Source: Histomonas meleagridis 2922-C6/04-290x (Eukaryota > Protista > Parabasalia). From it: a DNA stretch of 64,000 nt. Under the pieces are notes generated by a model, which searched no databases, was not told where the DNA came from, and saw only the letters and a list, made by a program, of their open reading frames with translations. Below, one piece after another: positions 34,078 to 44,207 of this stretch. How positions within the stretch are numbered: the stretch's first letter is position 1; each line of letters opens with the position of its first letter. The position numbers were made by a program, and so were the translations under genes. The stretch spans positions 419,450 through 483,449 of the forward strand of contig JAANOX010000241.1 in assembly GCA_020184695.1 (NCBI GenBank). The letters are read 5' to 3'.

Positions 34078-37000
34078 TTATTGAATCTGTTTAACCGTTA
34101 TAGATCCATCATTTCCACACAACACCAACAACTGTCCATTCTGTATGTACGAACACAAGCATATATCCTTTTCATCATTACATTCGTCCAATTTTCCATT
34201 TACCAAATCGAAGACATAAATTTTATTTTCGCATGAACATAATAAAATTTTATCATTATCAACAAATTCGCAACATTTTACTTTAAACTGTAAGAAAACT
34301 TTTGAAAATTTATCATTTTCGAATATATCAATTTCACCATTTTCGCATAAACATAACAAAGATTTATTATTATTCACATTTGGTATTAATTTTATAATAT
34401 TTAAATTATTATGATCGAATTTAATTAATTTTTCGTTTTGTATATTATATGAATAAAGATTTCCATCATTACAACTTAAATAAAACAAATCATTTATATA
34501 AGTTGAAGACAAAACTTTTAATTCATAATTAATATCTATATCCCATTCAGATATTAATTTTTGTGTCTTTAAATTCCATAATATTATCGAACCATTTGAC
34601 GTAACAGTATAAAAATGTTCTTCATCAATAAACAATGAATTAAAAATCAAATTTTCTTCATCAAATCGAAAGTCAACTCTAAACATATAATTAATTTGAT
34701 TCTTTATAGGTTCCCAAATGAATATACATCCATCATTTGTTGATATTACTATATGATCATTTCCATTTAATACAATTAATTTAATTTCGATGATTTCGAT
34801 TGATATATTTTCTAATTTATATTCGATGATATCCAATTTTTCATCGATATAATATATATTATTATTATTTGTAGTAAAACTTATTCCATTATTACAAGAT
34901 AAATATTTAAATGTTTCATTATTAGTTAAAACATTTTTATGGAAACTTTCAATAATTTCTTTTTCTTTTATGTTGTTTGAATTCCGATGTCGTCTAACAA
35001 TAGCATTATAAATAACAACTCGTAATAATGCATCATCTTGTTCTGCTGGTGATATTGATTGTTCTTGTTGTTGTTCATATATTAAATCTCCTAAACTTTC
35101 ATCATAATCAATGGAATTTTCCGAGTTTTTAATTTCATTATTTTGTTGTTCAATGAATTGTAATGTTTCTAATGCTATTAATCGAATTGGTTGATTTGGA
35201 TCTTTACTAAATAACTTCAATAAAAACATTGCAATTGAATAAGCAATCGAATTACAATTATCTTTTTTCATTATTTCATCAATTCGTGCAAATAATGGTA
35301 TATTATTATTCGGATAAATTGTTTCTTCTATTTGTTTAAATGTGTTATGTTTAATTTCATATTTATTTATGACTGATTCTGAATAAGGATCAAATGTTGT
35401 AACAAATCGTTTTAATAATAATACTAATTGAAATCGTACCAAAAATGATATATCTGAAATCGTTGTTAATGCACTAAATAATAATTGTGTATTCCGTTGA
35501 CATTCGAAAGGTCTAAACAAACTTGATAACGCTGATAATGCTGCAGCTCTTTCAGCTTCATTATCATTTTGTGAAGATATTGCAAAATGGACATGAATTC
35601 CATTTGTAAATATACTTGAATCAGGTGAATAAAACATAAATGAGCGACTAAATATTAACAAAAGAAAACATGATAAAACTGATTCATTCTCTGATAAACA
35701 ATCAAAGATTTTATATATGAATTCATTTGACGTACAAACTTCTTGGAATTTCTCAGTCGAAATGACTAATATTGATACAAGTGCAGCACAATAAATTCGT
35801 GTTTTAACAGATAAATCTTTCCGAAATATATAACCAGGGAAATTCGATATATCAAAATCATTTTGAACTTCATTTGAAAACGAAGGCTTATAAAATAATA
35901 CGCAAATAATTAAGAAACATAATGGTGCAAATATTGGTGACTTTGGATCTTTAGATAATAATCTCCCAAATAATGATGGAAAGAAAGTAGTTAATGCAAA
36001 CATTGATGGTGATGATTTAGGATCAGCTGTAGCATATTCCGATAATAACATTAATGGTTTATCATTCTTAGGATCTGAGACAAGATCATAAAATAATAAG
36101 ATCAAATGATAAGGACGAATTAAATCAAATTGTCGATTTCGTATTAAGACTTCAAACGTCGTCGATAATCGATTATACATATCATTAGCAAAAGATGGTC
36201 GTGGTATAGATACGGAACATATCGCTGTATCTAATAATATAGACCATTGACGCCATAATGGATGTACTGATAAATCATTAATCGATGGATATGATTTAGG
36301 ATGAATTCCATAAGGCCTCAAAAGATATTGTGATAATAAATACGCCTTAAATAAATTAAAGGTAACAACATCATTACGAAATAATTTCATATATAAGTCA
36401 CGAGGTAATGAATCAGCTGCAATCCCATCAATGATGGACGTTAAGGCTATCGACAATCTCGCCGAATCAGGTGACTTGTCATCCCAAAGATGTTGACATG
36501 GAGGATCTAATGTTGTCGGCTCAAGGCTTAAGCGATAATATTGAACCATATGACAGAGAAGTGCCATTTTGACTGGAGTCAAAAATGCTGATGTAAGAAA
36601 ATCTTTGGGGAGCTTAGGATCGTCAGGAAGCTTCTCACCTTCACTAGTGGCACATACACATACCCAATCGTTCGGTGAATTAGTTGGGGAATTTATGCAA
36701 ATTTCTGATACATAAGATTTAAACCCTTCTATGGCAACTTCGGCATTACTGCAATCAAATAGAAAGCTGGTAGGTGGAGTAAGACGCTTGAAAATGGATG
36801 AAAATGAATATGGAGTAAATACACATGATCGTTTTTCTGAACACCAAATGCCTTTAGATGTGATGTCTGGAAAGCCGTAGCCAATGTAGTGAAAAAGAAC
36901 TCGACCATTTGGTACATCATGTCGAACAATTGAAAAATTATTTAATCTTTTAGATGATGGAGCAATCGAAAAGAAATAACGAAGATGTGGGCGGATGGCA

Positions 37001-37428
37001 GTGTAATGGCTTTTAAAATATTGCTGCATCATATTTGGATATTCTGATGAAAATGAATTTCTGGTGTTAATCCAAGCAAGAATACATGGTAAAGTAGATG
37101 TATATGAGGAATTTGGTTTTGGGAGCTGTGTAGAATGAGCAAAATTTACCAAAATAGTGTTAGTTGCTTCGAAACTATTTTGATCAATATACTCTGGCTC
37201 TGGAATTGACTTGTTAAAAAAGACGCTATCAAAATCATCTTCAATGCTATACTTTGAAAGTCTTCTTGGTTTTCTTCTATTTGATAAAATATTATGATAA
37301 ATTGGAAACATGTCTTGAATAGATTCTTCAAGTTTAGGTTGTTGCCACATTTCTTCATTGTCACTCTCCCATTCGTCAAAATCAGAGGAATCCATGTAAT
37401 CAGAAACGCTTTGGATGTTGGATTGCAT
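34078..37428 (-). CDS. RPTOR: Raptor/KOG1 (TORC1 scaffold)
   Basis: Raptor N-terminal RVLFHYIGYGFP, FLFDCSNA, LPKDFLTSAFLTPVKMAL and HPLWRQW; ARM-like middle; C-terminal WD40. Confidence 0.88.
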   Translation of the reverse strand: MQSNIQSVSDYMDSSDFDEWESDNEEMWQQPKLEESIQDMFPIYHNILSNRRKPRRLSKYSIEDDFDSVFFNKSIPEPEYIDQNSFEATNTILVNFAHSTQLPKPNSSYTSTLPCILAWINTRNSFSSEYPNMMQQYFKSHYTAIRPHLRYFFSIAPSSKRLNNFSIVRHDVPNGRVLFHYIGYGFPDITSKGIWCSEKRSCVFTPYSFSSIFKRLTPPTSFLFDCSNAEVAIEGFKSYVSEICINSPTNSPNDWVCVCATSEGEKLPDDPKLPKDFLTSAFLTPVKMALLCHMVQYYRLSLEPTTLDPPCQHLWDDKSPDSARLSIALTSIIDGIAADSLPRDLYMKLFRNDVVTFNLFKAYLLSQYLLRPYGIHPKSYPSINDLSVHPLWRQWSILLDTAICSVSIPRPSFANDMYNRLSTTFEVLIRNRQFDLIRPYHLILLFYDLVSDPKNDKPLMLLSEYATADPKSSPSMFALTTFFPSLFGRLLSKDPKSPIFAPLCFLIICVLFYKPSFSNEVQNDFDISNFPGYIFRKDLSVKTRIYCAALVSILVISTEKFQEVCTSNEFIYKIFDCLSENESVLSCFLLLIFSRSFMFYSPDSSIFTNGIHVHFAISSQNDNEAERAAALSALSSLFRPFECQRNTQLLFSALTTISDISFLVRFQLVLLLKRFVTTFDPYSESVINKYEIKHNTFKQIEETIYPNNNIPLFARIDEIMKKDNCNSIAYSIAMFLLKLFSKDPNQPIRLIALETLQFIEQQNNEIKNSENSIDYDESLGDLIYEQQQEQSISPAEQDDALLRVVIYNAIVRRHRNSNNIKEKEIIESFHKNVLTNNETFKYLSCNNGISFTTNNNNIYYIDEKLDIIEYKLENISIEIIEIKLIVLNGNDHIVISTNDGCIFIWEPIKNQINYMFRVDFRFDEENLIFNSLFIDEEHFYTVTSNGSIILWNLKTQKLISEWDIDINYELKVLSSTYINDLFYLSCNDGNLYSYNIQNEKLIKFDHNNLNIIKLIPNVNNNKSLLCLCENGEIDIFENDKFSKVFLQFKVKCCEFVDNDKILLCSCENKIYVFDLVNGKLDECNDEKDICLCSYIQNGQLLVLCGNDGSITVKQIQ

Positions 37429-37521
37429 TCTTGTTCCAAATCGTCAATTCAAAATTCTGATGGGTCCAAAAATTGAGTGAAAAATGTTGTACGTTTATTA
37501 ATAACGTGTTTTTGTGCAAAA

Positions 37522-40500
37522 ATGGAGAAAAAGTATGTTGATGCTATTTTAAGAGAAAATTCCATAGATAACACTAATCAAAATAATATTACTTCATTAA
37601 AATGTTCTAGTTTTAAGCTCCCATTAAATCTTTCTTTTAAAATGTTCCCAAAATTAAAAAAATTAAAACTAATTGATCAAGATATTTCTGATTTAGATTG
37701 GCTAAAAGACACCCCTTCAATTGCTCATTTATCAATATCTAATACATTACTTAAAGATGTCAAAGGATTAAATTATCTATCAAATTTAATATCATTAAAT
37801 CTAGATAGAAATCAAATTAACGAGTTTCCAGATATATCTATGCTTGATCATTTGACTTCTTTTTCAATTGCTCAAAACCCATTTCAGCAAAATCCAATCT
37901 TTCCAGAATTATTTTCTTTAAAATCGTTAAACATTTCAGAAACAGGATTAACTGAAATCGATAGTTCTATATCAAATTTACGAAATTTAGAAATTCTTAA
38001 CATTAGTGGAAATAATCTTTTAAATTTTAATTTTATTCAACATTTATCCAAACTTAATAACCTTCAAAAATTATGTCTTTCGGATTCAAAGCATGGGGGA
38101 AATCCTGTTTGTCTTCTTTCGAATTATCATTTAATATTGATTTCATTATTACCAAAAATTAACACATTAGATACAATTAATTTAACGGAATCATATAAAA
38201 ATTTCTGCATCAACAAATATTCACAAGTTAAACTTTTTTATGATTCTGTAAAATTTTCAGAATTAACATCATTAAATATTAATCGATATAATTTTTTACA
38301 AGAAGTAAACTCGATACTATCAAAAGTTAATTATGAAATTGATAGTAAATCAATACAAGCAATAATAAATGAATATAATTTCCAAAGAAATTCTCTCGAA
38401 AAGTTCATTATTAATATGAATAATATTGCATTAAATTCTGGTGATAATATTTCACTTGGAAGAATTGATGAAAGATGTGAAATGTGGAGGGAATATTTAG
38501 TTCCAGATCTTCAAGAAAGAATAAAAATTAATTCTTCTTCAAAATTCACTGCAGCATGGGATATAAATTATAATATAATAAAACACAATATTTTTCATAG
38601 CGTGATGCCATTTTTTGAAATAAATGATTTAGAATCATTAGATCAATTATTAAATAATTGGCATAATTATAAATTTGATAAAACTCAATTTTCAAATGTT
38701 ATTAATTTAGATGATGATTTTAAAGCATTTTTGATTACTCTTGTAACCAATAATGAACAGTATATTCCTAATCAATTGGTATTGTTTACTGTTCCTGAAG
38801 AAACTTTGTTAATGAATATCAATGAAATTTGCAATTCTTCAAACGAGCAAATTAAAGAAGAAATAAATGATGAAACATTAATTACATTTAATACTATAAA
38901 TTTCGAAATTAAATCAACATTAACAAATATTAAACTTATTAATTGTAACATTAATTCATTATCAATATTTTCTGGATTAGAATTTCTGACAAAACTTTCT
39001 TTACAACATAATAATATAACTTCATTAAAAGATTTAGAAAATGTACCAAAATTAACAGATTTAGATATAAGTTTTAATCAAATTTCTAATATTAATGATT
39101 TAATTCCAAATGATGAGATCAAAATAAAGATTAAAAGTATTAATATATTTGGAAATCCGATATACTCAACAAATGTTTATATGTTTCTTTATTCAATTTT
39201 CCCAAACATTGAAGAAAAGCCAAATCTTAAAAAAGAAATAATTTTTGATTTAAGTTCATATATTAATAAAAATGATTTTGCTTCAATTTCTACATTAGAT
39301 TTAAGAAATAATTGTGTAACTTCTTTAAGTTCATTATCTCAATTAACAAATCTTAAATACCTTTATCTATCACAAAATGAAATCACAGAAATTGATTTTA
39401 AATCAAATTCATTAATATTAGCAGATTTTTCAATGAATAAAATCAAAGAATTTCCAAATAATGAACAATTTCCTAATTTAAAAACACTTTTAATTAATTT
39501 TAATGAAATCGAAAATTTAAATCATTTTAATTCTTTGATTTCATTATATGTATCAAATAATAAAATAACAAATCTTTCATCAAATTTATTTCCAAATCTT
39601 TGTATTTTACATATATTAAATAATCCATTTAATAATTTAACAAATGATTTTCGTATTTTGTTCCAATTTTCTAAGTTAAAAATGTTAAATGGGACAATAA
39701 TATCATTACAAATGCATCAAAAAGCTAAAAATATGTTTAATGGAATTATCTTAAAAGAAGATTTACAAATGTTAATTCCAGAAGATGCTCTTTTCGTAGA
39801 TTTAAATGGAAAAGAATATAAAAATGTAAATTTACTTAAAAGTCAAAAATTACAAAAATTAAATTTAAGTAATAATTTAATCACCAAAATTTCATGGGAA
39901 AAAGATTCTTTTCCATGTTTAATAGAATTAAATTTATCACAAAATCAACTTCAATCATTTGATTTTCTTCTTTTTTTACCAAAACTTGTTTCCCTTGATT
40001 TATCATATAATAAATTAACAAATAATTCATTAAAAGGATTTTATAATAATAAATATCCGTCATTAGAAAAATTAAATCTTTCATGGAATTCAATAAAAAC
40101 AGCAGAACATTTTGGAAATACTCATTTTCCAAAGTTGAAAACTCTTGATTTATCACATAATTATATATCGAATGTTGTTTCTTATGCTTTTAATGGTATT
40201 GAACATTTAAATTTATCATATAATTCATTAAGAAAATTGGATAACGTTGGTTCTAATTCTTTAATTTCTTTGGACGTTTCTCATAATAGAATAACTACAA
40301 CTGAAGAAGTGTGTAAACTTTCAAAATGTTCGAATTTATTAAAGTTTTGGTTTAATGGAAATCCTTTAAACCAAAGAATTTCACATCGAATTCGTTGTCT
40401 ATCAATTTTAAGGAATTTGAAGGAATTGGATGATAAAATTGTTTCAGAGAGCGATTTATCTCAAGTTAAAATGATTGAACAAAATTATTTCGATACACAA

Positions 40501-40623
40501 AGAATTGTTTCCCCTATTCAGCCTGGTAGAACACCAAAAGTTAACACTGTAGTTATATCACCAGTTCTTCCGCAATTGCATCAAAATAATTTCCCTAAAA
40601 TTAGAAATCGAAACAACAGATAA
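37522..40623 (+). CDS. Large SDS22-like leucine-rich-repeat protein (LRRC9-like architecture)
   Basis: LxxLxLxxNxI repeats in N-terminal and C-terminal blocks separated by a non-LRR region, with LRRcap-like GNPVC and GNPL...LRNLKELDD segments; ATG at 37522. Confidence 0.8.
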   Translation: MEKKYVDAILRENSIDNTNQNNITSLKCSSFKLPLNLSFKMFPKLKKLKLIDQDISDLDWLKDTPSIAHLSISNTLLKDVKGLNYLSNLISLNLDRNQINEFPDISMLDHLTSFSIAQNPFQQNPIFPELFSLKSLNISETGLTEIDSSISNLRNLEILNISGNNLLNFNFIQHLSKLNNLQKLCLSDSKHGGNPVCLLSNYHLILISLLPKINTLDTINLTESYKNFCINKYSQVKLFYDSVKFSELTSLNINRYNFLQEVNSILSKVNYEIDSKSIQAIINEYNFQRNSLEKFIINMNNIALNSGDNISLGRIDERCEMWREYLVPDLQERIKINSSSKFTAAWDINYNIIKHNIFHSVMPFFEINDLESLDQLLNNWHNYKFDKTQFSNVINLDDDFKAFLITLVTNNEQYIPNQLVLFTVPEETLLMNINEICNSSNEQIKEEINDETLITFNTINFEIKSTLTNIKLINCNINSLSIFSGLEFLTKLSLQHNNITSLKDLENVPKLTDLDISFNQISNINDLIPNDEIKIKIKSINIFGNPIYSTNVYMFLYSIFPNIEEKPNLKKEIIFDLSSYINKNDFASISTLDLRNNCVTSLSSLSQLTNLKYLYLSQNEITEIDFKSNSLILADFSMNKIKEFPNNEQFPNLKTLLINFNEIENLNHFNSLISLYVSNNKITNLSSNLFPNLCILHILNNPFNNLTNDFRILFQFSKLKMLNGTIISLQMHQKAKNMFNGIILKEDLQMLIPEDALFVDLNGKEYKNVNLLKSQKLQKLNLSNNLITKISWEKDSFPCLIELNLSQNQLQSFDFLLFLPKLVSLDLSYNKLTNNSLKGFYNNKYPSLEKLNLSWNSIKTAEHFGNTHFPKLKTLDLSHNYISNVVSYAFNGIEHLNLSYNSLRKLDNVGSNSLISLDVSHNRITTTEEVCKLSKCSNLLKFWFNGNPLNQRISHRIRCLSILRNLKELDDKIVSESDLSQVKMIEQNYFDTQRIVSPIQPGRTPKVNTVVISPVLPQLHQNNFPKIRNRNNR

Positions 40624-41177
40624 AGAAATTTTTCATTAATAAATTAGAAATAGAAAGAATTGTATTTGAAAGAAAGTAAAATATTTTTAAATAATGAAAA
40701 TATCCTCTAAATTTTTAATTAACTTGAAACATGTGCTAAACCACATACAGTATGTGAGTTTAATTAATAAATTACAATATATTTTCAAATTGCAAAAGTT
40801 AGGAACAGAGACGATTAAAAAATTTCACAATTTCCCACTTTTTGATCATTGTTTAATTATGTGAAAATCATAATGATAATATATTTTGATAAATTGACAT
40901 TTATAATTTTCTTTATTTATATATTTTTTTTTTTATCATTTACATATATTCCTAAGAAATTTAATGTCTCTTTATTATAAAAAAAAATATGAAAAACATG
41001 AATTGTTTATAAATATTTTAAACAAAAAAGTCACACACTTTACATTAGTTGCGGAAATCGTCGAAAAATGAGGCACACCAAGTGCAGAAGCTTCAATGCG
41101 CATTACAACACGAAGTCAAAAGCTGTATAAGACATCACACGAAACAGAGCATTTCTACAAATAATATTTATTGTTCC

Positions 41178-42575
41178 TTATTCATGTAAGGCCTTTAACC
41201 TTCTTTCGAATTCTTCTTCTATTTCTTCCAATGTCACCAAAATGTGATTATCGCCAATTGTGAAATGAGCCACGAATCCCATCATATCCTTTGAGATCGC
41301 TTCAGGCTCTCGCACGTACTCCTCCATCATGTATGTCCTCATCACGCATCTTGGCGTTGTCACAATTCTTTCTCTCTGTGCCTGCCAAATGTGAAGTTGA
41401 TGCTCAACATTTGAAGGAATTGATCCACTACTGGAATCGATTTTGATCAAGTTTCCTTTCAAGAAGTTAAGTATATCTTCCATAGACGTTCCTTCAGCAA
41501 GAGCATTTTTAAATGAATCAGGAGATATATATGCCGAAGTAAATCCTGGCATTTCATATGTTATTATAGTAAACTTCCTCAAGAGTGCAATGTTAAGTCT
41601 TGAGGTTGTATATGCTGTTACTTTGAAGTTTGTATCAATTAAGAGCCATCCATCTGTCGATACATATTGGTCTTTACCAAAGAACTGTAGCGCAATCTTG
41701 GTAGGATAGTAATAGCCATTATCTACCATAAGAAGACCAAGATTAGAAAAAGGTTCATACAACTGCTTCTGAGCTTCATTCAATTCCGAAATGGGGTACC
41801 CCCGCGTAAACTGAAGTGAACCGATTTTCAGAACAAAACGAACGGTTGAAATAAGGGTTGATGTGGAGTCGGTCAGAAAACGCTGGAGATAGGACCTCAT
41901 TATCCGCCAAATTTGAGACCTACGATCAGCTAGAAGAAATTGATGCCCTTCTTTGGTAAGTTGATTATCTGTACGATTTATGAGACCTGTATCTTTAAGA
42001 AGTTTTTTGATGCCTTTGTCAATATTAGGAACAAGGTTAAGCATCCAGTAGAGAATTTTTTCGAATTGATTTGTGGCATATTTTTCGAGAATTTCTGGAT
42101 CCATATATGGAACTTCATTAGATGGAATGAACTTTTTCTCTGGCTTAACTGGAAAAAGCCCTGGTGAACTTGAGAATAATGGTTTTCGATCTGTTATGGT
42201 TGGTTGACTTGATGAACTGGATTTGACTGATCCATAAAGAAGAACATCGCGAATCTCAGGACGAATTGCTATCTGATATTCACCAGAATGATCTTGCGTT
42301 ATAGATATAAAATAACAATCTCGAAGTTGTTGAAATGCATATTGATGTTGTTGCTCTGTTCCTGGAACTGCCCACTCTCTCACATCAAGAAATAGAATAG
42401 GTTGGTTTAACATTAATAATCTCATTAAAAAATGTTGAGTTAATGGATCAAATAATTTAACAAATGTTCGGCATGTATCAGGATCAGAAAGAATTTCTAA
42501 AACAAGATTTTCGGGCATCTTCCTTGCGATAAATTCTAAAAGATTCGAATCTTCATTTTCATCGAGATTGGTCAT
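41178..42575 (-). CDS. GTF2H4: TFIIH subunit p52 (Tfb2)
   Basis: LTKEGHQFLLADRRSQIW, GWLLIDTNFKVTAYT, SFKNALAEGTSMEDILNFL and IPSNVEHQLHIWQAQRERI; start placed at ATG 42575. Confidence 0.92.
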   Translation of the reverse strand: MTNLDENEDSNLLEFIARKMPENLVLEILSDPDTCRTFVKLFDPLTQHFLMRLLMLNQPILFLDVREWAVPGTEQQHQYAFQQLRDCYFISITQDHSGEYQIAIRPEIRDVLLYGSVKSSSSSQPTITDRKPLFSSSPGLFPVKPEKKFIPSNEVPYMDPEILEKYATNQFEKILYWMLNLVPNIDKGIKKLLKDTGLINRTDNQLTKEGHQFLLADRRSQIWRIMRSYLQRFLTDSTSTLISTVRFVLKIGSLQFTRGYPISELNEAQKQLYEPFSNLGLLMVDNGYYYPTKIALQFFGKDQYVSTDGWLLIDTNFKVTAYTTSRLNIALLRKFTIITYEMPGFTSAYISPDSFKNALAEGTSMEDILNFLKGNLIKIDSSSGSIPSNVEHQLHIWQAQRERIVTTPRCVMRTYMMEEYVREPEAISKDMMGFVAHFTIGDNHILVTLEEIEEEFERRLKALHE

Positions 42576-43064
42576 TCTTTGATGATTTGCACCGATATGA
42601 ATTTCAATGTTTTTGGGGTGCCTCAAATGTTTTTCTGAAATCGAATTCACATTTTAACCAATCATATTTATTTTCATTTTTATTAGTAAATGTTTTAATT
42701 GATCATGTGTTGCCATATTAAATATATAAAATCTTACCAAAAACAAAATATGTTTGATATCACTCAAATAATTTATATTTTCGATCAACTAATATGTAAT
42801 TCAACATTTGAATATCTTTTCTTTTATATGACATCCAAGTGATTTTAACTCAAGTATACTTTTGACTTATATGTAACAAGTTAATTTCATTTCATGAATT
42901 GTAAAAAAATTGAAAATATATTAATATGACTAATTGTCAATAAAATAATCACAGAAATACTTTTTGGGATTTGTAGCTCAAATGCAGTAAAATAGTTCAT
43001 GGAACTTAAAAAACCTCATCGATTGTAAACGGTTTTCTTCGAAGGTAAATTTATTTGGTTCTTC

Positions 43065-44207
43065 ATGCATGAACAAATTTCAAAGGTAGTATCACTTGAA
43101 AAAATAATTTTCAACCTAAACACTGAAAATATTGATGAATCAACCATATCAATCTCTTATATGTTTGGTGAAAATTATATATATTCTCTTTTTTACATTA
43201 CATGTCAATTAATTTATGCTTCATCTGTTTCACAGATTAAAGATTTTAAAATATATTTCAATTTTCTCAAAGAGTTAGAAAAGAAATACGAAAATAAAAA
43301 TAATTATCAACTAATAAATATTTTTTATAAATTTCTTCTTTCATTAAATTCAAATGAATCAAATTATCTATGAGAAAAAATGTTTGAACAAGGTCTAATT
43401 GATACTAATATATTAAGCAAAAAGCGCTGTTTATATTTTGTACATTACTTGAAAAATATCGAAAATCTTAATAAAGAAAAATTTTATCGTGAATTTATGG
43501 AAAATATTGAAACCCTTTCAAAGAATGATTGGGAACTTCATAAAAAATTAATTGAAGAAGGAGTTAATCCAAATAAAATTGCAAAAATCATTCGATCTGA
43601 TGAAATCGAAAAACTTCAAGAAATATCATCACAAAATAATTTTAATTTTAATCAAACAATTAAACCATCACTTTATGAAAGATGTTCATTTATTAATCAA
43701 GAAGAAGTTTCATTAATTGATTATGCCGCATTTTTTGGATCAGTTCAATGTTTTAAATATTTACTTATGAATGGTGCAAAAGTAGAAAACACAGGTAAAT
43801 ATGCAGTTGCAGGTGGAAATCTTGAAATTATTCATTTATGTGAACAAAATCATTCATCATTTTATGGATAATATGAAACAGCAATCGAATTTCATCGAAA
43901 TGATATCTTTAAATATCTATATGAAAAAGAAACCAAAGCTTTAAATTATTCAAACATGTTATCTCAATCTATTTTATGTAATTCTTATAAAATTCTTTCT
44001 TATTTATATGGTAAAAATGTATTTGTGCCAACAAATCATTTTATAAATGATATAGTAGTAACTGGTAATTTATTTCTTATAAAAAGTAATAAAGAATTTC
44101 AATTTTCAGATGATACACTTATTTTAAGTACAAAATGTGAAAATATTGAACTTGTTGACTACATTCTTAAATTAAAAGAATTTGATATTAATGCAAAAAA
44201 TGTTTAA
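43065..44207 (+). pseudogene. DUF3447-type ankyrin head of array B with two in-frame premature stops
   Basis: ORFs 43065-43373, 43380-43871 and 43956-44207 share one frame. TGA 43371 and TAA 43869 replace L and A of the paralogue at 29142-30359. Confidence 0.85.

Noticed and set aside
43371-43871. Stop-codon reassignment to explain in-frame TGA/TAA
   Set aside because: The stops replace different residues (L, A, E), and all housekeeping genes in the window are open under the standard code and end at normal stops.
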